Source: a virus. Taken from it: a stretch of 64,000 nucleotides of DNA. This document shows, piece after piece, positions 47,216 through 56,806 of this stretch. Location: positions 31,521-95,520 of IMG/VR virus record IMGVR_UViG_3300047168_000120, one strand, 5' to 3'. The translations under genes were made by a program, and so were the position numbers. The notes below the pieces were generated by a model. That model did not search any database, had not been told where the DNA came from, and was given only the letters and a program-made list of their open reading frames with translations. The stretch's first letter is position 1. Every line of letters begins with the position of its first letter.

Positions 47216-48151
47216 TCATGTCGGAAACTCCTTATGCGCGATGCCGTCCAACAGCGAACCGGCGGCCTTCTTGCCGACTTTTTTCATTAAATGAACGCGC
47301 TCGCCGTGGAAGCCTTGACCTCCTGCCAGGTTATGGAACCGATATCGGCCGTTTCCAAAATGAAGCGATGGGTTGCTGTAGACAATTTGCCAGTCGGGAT
47401 CGTCCGTTTCTCGGTCGACCACCGGCATCCAATCCCCCCATTGTTTAAAGAAATAGGGCGTGCCGGCCGCCGCGCATTGGTCCCTAATAGACCGCGCCCA
47501 ATCCGGGTGCATCGGCCGCGCGTCAGGGCCGGATTCGCCGCCCACAATCACCCAATCAATCCCGGCCAGTTCAATCTCGCCAAGGTCTTCCAAAAGCGGT
47601 TCGATGGACAGGAAACGCTTGGCGGCGGGCGTGGCCCGCAAGTCATCTATCCTATGAAGTGCGGCCCGGTTTTCCACCGAGACGCCGAGCCAGACATTGG
47701 GCAGTATAGAGCGGTGCCAGGTTTTCGGGTGCCAATGTTCGTGGCTTTTCGGGCCGTTCATTAGCCGCTTCATGCGGTCGGAACGCTTGGTCAAAATCTG
47801 GTAGACATGCTGCGGCGTCATCGCCATGACCGTGAACGGGCGGCCAATATCATCATCCGCCAGCCCGCGATGGAACAAGTCGCTCATCGAATTCACGAAT
47901 ATCCGGCGCGGCTTTTTCCACCGCATCGGCTGGGTCAACTGCTTCTCGCCAGACAATCGGATTTCGCCAGTCCACACCGGCCCGGCTTTACTCGACTGCG
48001 TGAGTCCACGGTAGAGCTCGACCCCCATACGATCCAGCCGCGCCGCCATCATCATGGCATAGCAGTTCGTGCATCCGGGGCTTATGACGCTGCAACCCGC
48101 CACAGGATTCCACGTCGCGTCCGTCCAGCTAATGCCTGTTTTGTCACCCAT
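47216..48151 (-). CDS. DUF5131 / phage Gp37-Gp68 family protein
   Basis: ISWTDATWNPVAGCSVISPGCTNCYA, FVNSMSDLFH, LTKR, SIEPLL, GGESG, FFKQWG. Confidence 0.9.
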   Translation of the reverse strand: MGDKTGISWTDATWNPVAGCSVISPGCTNCYAMMMAARLDRMGVELYRGLTQSSKAGPVWTGEIRLSGEKQLTQPMRWKKPRRIFVNSMSDLFHRGLADDDIGRPFTVMAMTPQHVYQILTKRSDRMKRLMNGPKSHEHWHPKTWHRSILPNVWLGVSVENRAALHRIDDLRATPAAKRFLSIEPLLEDLGEIELAGIDWVIVGGESGPDARPMHPDWARSIRDQCAAAGTPYFFKQWGDWMPVVDRETDDPDWQIVYSNPSLHFGNGRYRFHNLAGGQGFHGERVHLMKKVGKKAAGSLLDGIAHKEFPT

Positions 48152-48274
48152 GGGCCACTCCTCAAAAACACATCGTAATGTGTTTATCGTTGGTCGTAAA
48201 GCTTCAATGATGTGGCGGCGACCAAAAAACACCACCCAGGAGGTCAGCGCGTTCATGTCGAACTGGGGCCAATC

Positions 48275-48985
48275 ATGCCGGACACATTTGAGCAAATCCT
48301 TGAAAAATCAGTGCAGACGCCGGAAGGCGCCATCGCGACCATCCACCTGACGCAGCAGATCGGCATCCTGAACAAGATGTACGACAACGTGCCCACCCGC
48401 GACGCGGCGTTCATCCTCGCCACGGACTGGGTCGAAAATGGCAGCCCGCTGCGCAAGGCGGCCGCTGCCCATTGGGCGAGAGACAAAAAGATCACGTCCG
48501 AAGACAAACCTGATCCCAACGCGAAACAGCCTGAGCCCAGCGCCATGTCAGATGGTGTTGATGCGCCGGAGAGCGCCGCCGGCGCTGCCGGCACCGGCGA
48601 GCGGGGCAAGGACGCCACGCTAAAGCCCGAGGATAAGATGCAGCAGGGCAAAGTGAAGGGCGGCAGCTTCTACAGCAAACTGCGCCAGGTCGTCGGAAAA
48701 GCGCCGATGGCACCGGCAGCCGGGGGCCATCGCACCGTCGACGCAGCCTATGAGGCCGGGCGGCGCGACGCCACGAAAGAGCACGCCGGGCACGTCCACC
48801 GCGTCGGCCGCACCGCCGCGCGGCACGCTTTCCAGCTCGGAACCGAAGCTGGCGCGAAAATGGCGCAGCGGCACCAGGAGCGCGGCAACCAGGCGCTGCC
48901 GCTACCGACCCAGCAGGTGGTCACGCATCCCGGTGCTTTCCAAAAGGCTGATCTCGAAGCCCTCCTGGCCAAAGCGAGGGCTTGA
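48275..48985 (+). CDS. Hypothetical head-module protein
   Basis: ORF before the protease; rich in LxK(A/S) motifs. Confidence 0.65.
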   Translation: MPDTFEQILEKSVQTPEGAIATIHLTQQIGILNKMYDNVPTRDAAFILATDWVENGSPLRKAAAAHWARDKKITSEDKPDPNAKQPEPSAMSDGVDAPESAAGAAGTGERGKDATLKPEDKMQQGKVKGGSFYSKLRQVVGKAPMAPAAGGHRTVDAAYEAGRRDATKEHAGHVHRVGRTAARHAFQLGTEAGAKMAQRHQERGNQALPLPTQQVVTHPGAFQKADLEALLAKARA

Positions 48986-48988
48986 GCC

Positions 48989-49669
48989 ATGAACGTTTCG
49001 ACAGGGCAGACGGACATGCCTGTGATGGGAAGCCATCGCTTTGTGATTCCGCTCACCAAGATCGACGTGGAGCGCCGCTTGGTGATCGGCGTCGCGGCCC
49101 AGGAAGAGCCGGATAAGGCCCGCGAGATCATGGATTATGAGTCCTCGAAAGCGGCGTTTCAGGCCTGGTCGGACGCGGCCTATGAACGCTCCGGCGGTCT
49201 TTCCAAAGGCAACCTTCGCGCCATGCACGACCCGAAATCGGCGTCCGGCATCATCGATCAGCTCTCATTTGATGACGACAACAAGCGCATCGAGGTCTGC
49301 GCCAAGGTGATCGACGACAACGACTGGAAGAAGTGCCTCGCCGGCGTCTACACCGGTTTCAGCATCGGCGGCGGCTATGACCGGAAGTGGGATGACCCGA
49401 TGCAAAAGGGCTTCAAGCGCTACACGCCCCGCATCGCCGAAATGTCGCTGGTGGACTCGCCCTGCATGCCGTCGGCCAAGTTCTGCGAGCTGGTCAAGGC
49501 GGACGGCACGATTGAGCAGTTGGAGCTGATCGGCAACCCGGCGCCGGATTTCTACTCGTTCGCGGATCTGATGAAAATGCAGCCCGCGCCGATTCCGACC
49601 TTCGCCGAGCAATGGGCCAATCGGCCCATGACCTTCGCGGAAATGATGCAGGCGTCCGGCCTGGCATGA
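48989..49669 (+). CDS. Prohead protease (HK97/XkdF-like)
   Basis: KIDVERRLVIG, LRAMH, TGFSIGG, EMSLVDSP. Confidence 0.85.
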   Translation: MNVSTGQTDMPVMGSHRFVIPLTKIDVERRLVIGVAAQEEPDKAREIMDYESSKAAFQAWSDAAYERSGGLSKGNLRAMHDPKSASGIIDQLSFDDDNKRIEVCAKVIDDNDWKKCLAGVYTGFSIGGGYDRKWDDPMQKGFKRYTPRIAEMSLVDSPCMPSAKFCELVKADGTIEQLELIGNPAPDFYSFADLMKMQPAPIPTFAEQWANRPMTFAEMMQASGLA

Positions 49670-52600
49670 CCCGCCCCGCCTTCAACGCCGACCTGATCGC
49701 CGGGCTGCGGGCGAAGGTCGCCGCCCATAACGAGGGTGCGCCGGAATCCGCCAAGGTGAAGCTGAACGACCTGAAGCGCATCTATGAGCGCAGCTTCAAG
49801 GGCGACCAGCCGGCTGCCCGCGCGCTTGGCAAGGTCGACGCTCACCTGGCCGAGCTTGCCAAGGCGTTCGACCCATCCAAGCACCCGCGCCGCCCCGACG
49901 GCAAGTTCGGTTCGGAAAAGGAAAGCCCTTCGGCGCTGGATGCGGCAGCAGCGCATGTTAAGAACGCCGCCGGCGCAGCTTCGGACGCCGCCGGCGCCGC
50001 AGCCGCAGGGGTGAAGCGCGGGCTACACCATGCCGCCTATATCCATGGCTTCGCAGACGCCCCGCCCCTGCCAGAGGGCGTCAAAATCCCAAAAGCCCCG
50101 CTGAATCTGCCGGCTGATAAGGACCAGCACCGCGCGCTGCAAAGCGTGAACGCGGGTTACAGCGCCTTCACCAGCGATGTGATTCCGGAACGCCGGTTCG
50201 AGGCATTGGGAGAGCTGGCACGGACCGGCGTGGCTCTGACGGGCGGTGCGCTCATCACGCACATTCTGACCAGCAAAAACCCCAACAATCGCACGCGCCG
50301 CGCGCTGGAAAGCGCCATTTCATACCCGCCGGCGAAGATCGCGGCCGTCGCCTATGGCGCGCCGCTCCACGTCATCGGGGTTGGCTACGAGCTGGCGCAC
50401 CAAAAACTTGGCCTGGCGGGCGACGCCGTGAAAGTCCGCCGCTTCGCCTATAATTTCAGCGCAAAAGTCGAGCGCAACACGCGCCGGCTGGCACGCGGCG
50501 CGGCGCACCGTACCATATCGGCTGCGCGTTTCGGCGTCGGGAAATTCATCGACACGGTCGAGGGCTTGCCCAGCGAATTCGCGGCGCCGGCTGAACCGAT
50601 CACGGCCAGGCGGTTTTCAACCTGGGCCGGTGCGCGCGGTGCGGCGGCTCAGATCAGCCGCGAGATCACGCTGCGCGGTATTCGTCCAGCCCGGCGCGCC
50701 GGCGCCATCGCCGCGATTGCTTTGGTGCCCACGGCGGCCATCTCGCGCGCTATCCAGGCGTCGTCTCTCGACCCTCAGAAGGCCGGCGAAACTTATGACC
50801 AGCTGAGCTACCGGGTCGTCAACAAGGTTTTGGGCATGCCGGAGACACACGCCCTGGCCAAGGCGCTCACCTCGGACCTGCGGAAAGCCGCGGCGCTCGA
50901 AGGGCTTGAGAGCGGGGTCGAGCGCATTTTCGGGCGTGCCAGCGGCACGGCCATCACCGGCCTGACATCTCTGGGGTCCAGCGGTATCGGCGCGGCGGCG
51001 GGCGCCGGCAGCCAGGCCGTCGCCAACGCGCTGAACGGCGATAAGGGTAATCCCTACCACGACAGCCACGGGCGCTTCACCTCCAAGGACGGTGCGGAGC
51101 CGTCATCCGGGATCGGCCATGCCGCGCTGGTGGGCGCCGGTATTGGTGCGGCCATCGGCGGCGGCGCGGCACATTTTCGCCTGCGTGCATTCAACCAGCG
51201 CGTGTTCCGGGAGGCGATGGAGCACCTGGACAACCATATTCGGGGACTCACCGAGCCGGCTGGCGCCAAGGCGGAGGCGTCGATTATTCCCGCCGTGAAG
51301 AAACTTGCCGATGAGCATGCGCGCGAGCTGGAGAATCTCAAGGCAGAGAAGACGGAATTCGTTGATAAATCGATTGCCGCCGATTCCGGTGTTAAAGCCG
51401 CGCGCGCCGAGATCGAGCAGTACGGAAGCTCGAATCCGACCCATTACAAGGAAAAGATACGGGCCGACATCAATCGCTATCTCGCCTCGATCCTGACGCC
51501 GCACGACAATTTCATGCTGCCGGAAAAAAGTGGCAAGTCCCTGATTTACATGCCTGAGGTCCGGGCCAGGGTAGCGCGGTTCGACGAATATGCGCGGAAC
51601 GCCATCGATGGCGCCACCCCCGAAGCTTTCGCAGGCATGATCGCCAATCTGACGCCTGCGCAGAAGACGGCCGCGCTCCATATTTTCGCGAAACGGGCCG
51701 ACATTTCCGACATGGTCGATAAGGCGCTGGCCGGCCACGTCAAGAAAATCGACGATGCGATTGAAACCATCAAAGCCAAATCTCAGGCAATCGACGACGC
51801 GGAAAAGGCTGCGCTCGACACCAAAGCCAGGGTCGATATGCACCCAGAGGATGGGCCGGAGCGCACCGAGGCGCTCGCGGCTCATGAAAAGGCGGTGACC
51901 GCGATCAAATCGGCAGAAAGAGCTGGAAACGCCGCGCAGAAGAAGCTGGACGAACTGCGATCCATGGGGCCCGAGGTTCGCTCTCCCATCGATGAGCGCC
52001 TTATCGCGCCGCCCAGCCGGCTGGATAACCAGACGCTACAGCAGTCCGCAGAGCTGAAAGCGCGGGCGCGCGCCGAAGCAGAGCATGCGCAGAAGGTCGA
52101 TAAGGCCAAGAAGAGGCATGCGACCGAGATACGAAAGGCCCGCGACGCCTATGCGGCCGACCTTAAGCTGCGTCATGCCAGGCAGGTCGGCGCCTTCGTC
52201 ACGCTCGGGCGCCGCGCTGCCGGCCTTGGAAGCATTACGGGCCGCGCGGTCGATCCTTTGATTAGCGCTCACGCAGACCATGCCGCCGCGCTTGGCGCGC
52301 TCGAAGCGGCCGAGGCTAAGCTTTCAGCGGCGCGCGGCATGGTTGATCGGCTCACCGAAGAGAAAGAGGGCCTTGAACGCGGCGCCGGAAAAGCCAAACG
52401 GGAAGCTCTCTCGGCAAATCTGGCGTCACGTAAAGCCAAGGTGAAGGTCGCCGAGGACGAATATGCCAAAGCGCAGCAGAGCGCGGCCAGCAAGGAAAGC
52501 GCGCTACTGGCGGAGGCCGATAAATTTCTCAATAAATACAATAAATTCCGTTCTGACTCTCAGAATTCAAATGAAACTGCGCATCTGCCACCCAGCCTGA

Positions 52601-55137
52601 TTGCGGAGATGACGCGGGACATTGGGCGGGCGGCGCAGGCTGGCTATGACCCGATCAGCCGGTACGCGGTGCAACCGACGGCCGATGCGCTTCGCGATGC
52701 AATGGCATATGTCGGGCCGCGCGCTCGGGTCGTCGGGGCAGGATTTGCGCGCGCGGCAGACCGAACCTTCAAAGGGATGTTTCTGCGCCAGGCAACTGAC
52801 GAAGATCCGGACAGCGGGCAAAAGACATCCTATTGGGTCCCTGACCCGTTCAAGATCGCGTTCTGGAGCGCCACCGGCGCCGGCGCGGCGACAATCGATT
52901 TCCTGCGGCACTACGGCGAATACGCACACAGCCAGGTGCTGGGCGACGGCAAAGTGAAGTCGCCGACCAACCTGCAGGTCGAGTTGCGGCGCCACCCGAC
53001 CAAGGAAAATGAGGGGCTTTTCGCCGTACATGCGGCCGATCCGCGCAACAAGGGTGAGCGCGTCATCATCTTCGGTCACCGGTACGAGGAAGGCCGGCCC
53101 GACCCTATCAACCTGAATCCGGGCGCGCGGCTTAAGGATGTCACGGAGCATTTTCAGAACCGTTCCGGCAATCAGGGCGGCCAAACCGGCAAGTCGAGCG
53201 TGGCATCTCAGGACGCTGGCTGGCTGAGCGAGAAGGCCAAAAGCGAGATCAACGGCTTCCTATCCAAGATGGGCAGCGACAAAAAAGCCGCGATCACCGG
53301 CCCGGGCGTTTCAATCCCAGCGCGCCACAGCAGCGACAGCGATGGCAATAACGCCGCCGGGACGTTCATGAACGAGTTCCGCGCCAGGTGGGTCAAGCCA
53401 GAGACGGCATCGAACAGCGGCGCAATGTATGGCGCGCTGGAGGCGCTGTTCCAGAAGCAGTCCGAAATCCTGAAATCCAGCCAATTTTACCAGATGCTCA
53501 CCGGCTACAAGGGCAACGAGAAGAAGGGCGACGGCATCTTCAAGCCGAACGAGGATTTCGGGTCGAGCGACCGCGACGAGGTGGCTGGGGCGCTGGACAG
53601 CGAAATCACCCGCATCATGGACAAAGCCGCGCCGCGGGACGACGCCCAAAGAGATGCGCTGCGCCGCGCCGTCGCGGTGATCGGCAAATCGCGCAACCTG
53701 CCGCCGGAGACTCTCCAGCCGATCTACGACAAGATCGGCGGCGCGGCGGCGCCGCAGCGCGAGACAGTCTATTCCGAATCCGCGACCCTGCCGCATGTGC
53801 CTGTCGAGCATAGGACTGCTCATGTTCGCCCCGCCGTGCCGGATGAGATCAGCGAACCGATCAGGTCGCCACGTGACTTCGACAATCCGTACAGCGACCA
53901 GGCCGCCCATGTCGCCAGCAACATCGCGCCGCGGCTCGGGCTGCGCACCGATTCCCAGCGCGAAATGCTCACCATTATGATCGAGCATTACATCAAGCAG
54001 GTCTCAAAGGCGCAGAACCTCGATATCCCGGTCGCCGGGAAGATCGTCAGCGACGCGATGATCCGCAGCGGCGGCGGAGATCGCGTCGCCCAGGCGGAAT
54101 TTGCCCGCACGATGGCCAGCACGGATCATGCAGCCTTCGAAAAGGCGATCAATCAGGCAATTCGGCGCCATAAAAACGAGCAAGCCGGGGAAAACAGCTA
54201 CGCCAAAGCCGATTTCGTCGTGCGCGGCAGCGATCTCGACAGCCTTGATGTGCTGATGAAGCGCATGCCCGCCATTTTTAACGCTTCGCCATACGATCCT
54301 GGCGCTCCCTCGCCCACCCCGAAAGCGCAGCCGAAATATACAGGGACCGATGCGGTGGCTGCCGCTGCTGATCTTGCGGGCGCGGGCGTGGCCAATCACG
54401 CCCTGAACCATATCGGCGCTCTCAAAACACCGGAGATCGGGACCAAACAAGTCATTCAGGCCATCGCCAGCCCGCTTCAATCCCTGAAAACAGCCGGCTC
54501 TTCGGTCGCGGGAGCATTTGAAGGTGGCGCAGGTGCGGGGCTGAAGGCTGTCGGCCGCGGAACATTGATGGCGGGAAAACTGGCCGCCAAGGGTTTGATT
54601 GCAGGTGCGGCTGGTGCTGGCCTCTATAACCTGGTGCAGGGCGCCGGCGGCGGGGCATCATATGCGCGGAACACATCAACTGGCGAAACGCTCGCCATGG
54701 GCGCTGCCAAATTCGGCGGTGCGACGGCCGGGGAGTTGGCAGGTGAGGCAGCTGCCGGCCGCTTCATTGGTGAAGGCGCTGGAGCGCTCCTTGGTACAAT
54801 CGGCGGCCCTGCTGGCGAAGTAGCCGGTGGCGCGGCTGGCGCGGCCCTCGGCGATTACCTTGGGCACAAGGTCTTCAAATTCTTTAACGGCTATCACCCC
54901 GCGACCGTCCAGCGCGTGTTGCAAACCAAACTGACGGCGCCGGCTGACCAGGCCAGCGAAGTGCAGGCGGGTGAAATCGGCGGTGGAATCGTCGGGAACG
55001 CGGTGGCCGGCGCTAAGGGTGAGGGTTTGGCAAGTGCGGTCGGCGCTGCGCTGGGCGCGGCACACGCCCGCGCCACTGCCGATGTCAGCAATGTTTTGCA
55101 CCGGCGACCGAAACAGCCCGCAACGGGCATCGCTTAA
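49666..55137 (+). CDS. Giant (about 1820 aa) Ala/Gly-rich head-associated or internal protein
   Basis: Between protease and scaffold; FDPSKHPR..GKF and NPYHDSHGRF motifs; coiled-coil and glycine-zipper-like segments. Confidence 0.75.
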   Translation: MTRPAFNADLIAGLRAKVAAHNEGAPESAKVKLNDLKRIYERSFKGDQPAARALGKVDAHLAELAKAFDPSKHPRRPDGKFGSEKESPSALDAAAAHVKNAAGAASDAAGAAAAGVKRGLHHAAYIHGFADAPPLPEGVKIPKAPLNLPADKDQHRALQSVNAGYSAFTSDVIPERRFEALGELARTGVALTGGALITHILTSKNPNNRTRRALESAISYPPAKIAAVAYGAPLHVIGVGYELAHQKLGLAGDAVKVRRFAYNFSAKVERNTRRLARGAAHRTISAARFGVGKFIDTVEGLPSEFAAPAEPITARRFSTWAGARGAAAQISREITLRGIRPARRAGAIAAIALVPTAAISRAIQASSLDPQKAGETYDQLSYRVVNKVLGMPETHALAKALTSDLRKAAALEGLESGVERIFGRASGTAITGLTSLGSSGIGAAAGAGSQAVANALNGDKGNPYHDSHGRFTSKDGAEPSSGIGHAALVGAGIGAAIGGGAAHFRLRAFNQRVFREAMEHLDNHIRGLTEPAGAKAEASIIPAVKKLADEHARELENLKAEKTEFVDKSIAADSGVKAARAEIEQYGSSNPTHYKEKIRADINRYLASILTPHDNFMLPEKSGKSLIYMPEVRARVARFDEYARNAIDGATPEAFAGMIANLTPAQKTAALHIFAKRADISDMVDKALAGHVKKIDDAIETIKAKSQAIDDAEKAALDTKARVDMHPEDGPERTEALAAHEKAVTAIKSAERAGNAAQKKLDELRSMGPEVRSPIDERLIAPPSRLDNQTLQQSAELKARARAEAEHAQKVDKAKKRHATEIRKARDAYAADLKLRHARQVGAFVTLGRRAAGLGSITGRAVDPLISAHADHAAALGALEAAEAKLSAARGMVDRLTEEKEGLERGAGKAKREALSANLASRKAKVKVAEDEYAKAQQSAASKESALLAEADKFLNKYNKFRSDSQNSNETAHLPPSLIAEMTRDIGRAAQAGYDPISRYAVQPTADALRDAMAYVGPRARVVGAGFARAADRTFKGMFLRQATDEDPDSGQKTSYWVPDPFKIAFWSATGAGAATIDFLRHYGEYAHSQVLGDGKVKSPTNLQVELRRHPTKENEGLFAVHAADPRNKGERVIIFGHRYEEGRPDPINLNPGARLKDVTEHFQNRSGNQGGQTGKSSVASQDAGWLSEKAKSEINGFLSKMGSDKKAAITGPGVSIPARHSSDSDGNNAAGTFMNEFRARWVKPETASNSGAMYGALEALFQKQSEILKSSQFYQMLTGYKGNEKKGDGIFKPNEDFGSSDRDEVAGALDSEITRIMDKAAPRDDAQRDALRRAVAVIGKSRNLPPETLQPIYDKIGGAAAPQRETVYSESATLPHVPVEHRTAHVRPAVPDEISEPIRSPRDFDNPYSDQAAHVASNIAPRLGLRTDSQREMLTIMIEHYIKQVSKAQNLDIPVAGKIVSDAMIRSGGGDRVAQAEFARTMASTDHAAFEKAINQAIRRHKNEQAGENSYAKADFVVRGSDLDSLDVLMKRMPAIFNASPYDPGAPSPTPKAQPKYTGTDAVAAAADLAGAGVANHALNHIGALKTPEIGTKQVIQAIASPLQSLKTAGSSVAGAFEGGAGAGLKAVGRGTLMAGKLAAKGLIAGAAGAGLYNLVQGAGGGASYARNTSTGETLAMGAAKFGGATAGELAGEAAAGRFIGEGAGALLGTIGGPAGEVAGGAAGAALGDYLGHKVFKFFNGYHPATVQRVLQTKLTAPADQASEVQAGEIGGGIVGNAVAGAKGEGLASAVGAALGAAHARATADVSNVLHRRPKQPATGIA

Positions 55138-56609
55138 TGAGCGAATCAGCCACCTTTTCGCAACCGACCACGGCAACCACGGGGCTCCAGCGTTACGACC
55201 TCGAGCCCAAGCCGAAGGAAGTTTACCCGGCGCCTATGCCGGGCCGGATCACCCGCTTGCGCCATGCCGCATGGCACAAGCGATTTGTTTCTCGCGGCAG
55301 GAAGAAGGGACTTACGACGATGACCAAAAACACCATCGAACTGGAACCGATGGTCGACATGCTCCGGAAGAGCGTGACGTCCATCGTCGCGGCCGCCCCT
55401 GCCAATCAGGAAGAACTGCTGGCGAAATCATTCAGCGAATTCCATGCGGCGGCCAAAGAGACCATTGAAGCTGAACTGGCCAAATCTGTGACACCTGCGG
55501 TCGAGGAACCGCTCTTTAAGGGGTTCGGCACTGTTGGCCGCGTCGCCAATCTCGTCGGAAGCCTGGCTGGCCAGATCGCCACGATCAAGCGCGGCTATGA
55601 GCAGTGGAATGTCGACAAGGATGGCAATCCGCCGGCGGACGCCGACCCGGCCAGCCCCGAGCTGGTTGAGCATCTCGAGGACCTTCTGCTGCACGCCGAG
55701 ATGCTGATGCGCGTCGCCGTCAACGACCAGTGCGAGCCGATGGATGACGGCGAAATGGCGGAAAGCGGCATGCATGTGGTGATGGTTCCCATCACCGGCG
55801 GCGGTCAGATGGCCGTTAAAACGCATCTGCCGGAAGGCCTGGCCAAATACGCCACTGACCCCAACGATATCGACAATATCCTGATCGATCAGGGGATGAA
55901 CATGCTGGCGCTGGGCGGCGTCGATACCGAGGCGCTCGGCAAAGCCATGCAAGGCGGCGAGCTGGCCAAGGACATCACGGGCGGCGGCGCCGCGGCGCCG
56001 ATGCCCATGTCATCAGCAGATGCTGCGTCGCAGGCCGGTGCCGGCCTGCCGGATGACGGCCAGCCGGAAAATCCGCTCGACGTGATCGGGCGCCTGGCCG
56101 CACTTATCATGGTGCAGGTCGACTACGTGCAGCAGATGATGGATGGCACGAATGAGCCGACCGATCCGACCGGCGAGGCCGATCCAGGCGCCGGCGGTGG
56201 CTCGGAATCCAATCCGTCCGTATCGGATGCTGAAGCGGCCGCGAAGGCGGTCACCACCGGCAATCTGGCCAAAGTCGACACGGCAAGCGAAGAGGTCCTA
56301 CAGAAGGTTCTGAAAGAGCATGGCCTGGATCTCGGCGCGCTCAAAAAGATGGCCGACGACAATCTTGCGCTCACCACCAAGCTGAATGAATTCGAACAGC
56401 TTGTGCCGGAGTTGCTCGCCAAGGCCGAGCCGCCGAAGGCGCCTCTTATCAGCACCAGTGTCAGCAAGGAAAATGAAGACGCTGCTCTGCTGAACGCCGC
56501 GCCGGTCGTCGAACCCGACCTTTCGAAGATGTCGCCGCAATCGCGCGCCATGGAATTGATGAAGCGGCAGCATCGCACCGCCGGCCGCCCGAGCAACGGC
56601 ATCGAGTAA
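55137..56609 (+). CDS. Scaffold-like protein
   Basis: Acidic, immediately upstream of the capsid gene; alternative start 55320. Confidence 0.7.
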   Translation: MSESATFSQPTTATTGLQRYDLEPKPKEVYPAPMPGRITRLRHAAWHKRFVSRGRKKGLTTMTKNTIELEPMVDMLRKSVTSIVAAAPANQEELLAKSFSEFHAAAKETIEAELAKSVTPAVEEPLFKGFGTVGRVANLVGSLAGQIATIKRGYEQWNVDKDGNPPADADPASPELVEHLEDLLLHAEMLMRVAVNDQCEPMDDGEMAESGMHVVMVPITGGGQMAVKTHLPEGLAKYATDPNDIDNILIDQGMNMLALGGVDTEALGKAMQGGELAKDITGGGAAAPMPMSSADAASQAGAGLPDDGQPENPLDVIGRLAALIMVQVDYVQQMMDGTNEPTDPTGEADPGAGGGSESNPSVSDAEAAAKAVTTGNLAKVDTASEEVLQKVLKEHGLDLGALKKMADDNLALTTKLNEFEQLVPELLAKAEPPKAPLISTSVSKENEDAALLNAAPVVEPDLSKMSPQSRAMELMKRQHRTAGRPSNGIE

Positions 56610-56806
56610 AAATTTTAGCCAGGAAACACATTTAAGTGTGTTTTCCGGCTAATTTGAGATGTTTTTTTCTTGACGGGGCGACCAGCAAATCGCCCCGTCA
56701 ACGTGTCAGCCCGGAAACGGGCTCGCTCGTCACACCCGTCTGAGCAGCGGGACTGCCCCGAAATCGCCGCTGGGGCGCGGCTGCTCAACACGTGAAGGTG
56801 TGAAAA

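Larger units (their letters stand above)
4222..56643. promoter_or_regulatory. Dispersed 20-bp palindromic operator AAACACA-N6-TGTGTTT, 14 copies
   Basis: Sites start at 4222, 7685, 10282, 11875, 14778, 15414, 16444, 22670, 22702, 30867, 34226, 43457, 48166 and 56624; nearly all lie just upstream of gene starts. Confidence 0.85.

Noticed and set aside
49666-55137. Tape measure protein
   Set aside because: Lies in the head module ahead of the capsid gene, with no tail tube or chaperone context.
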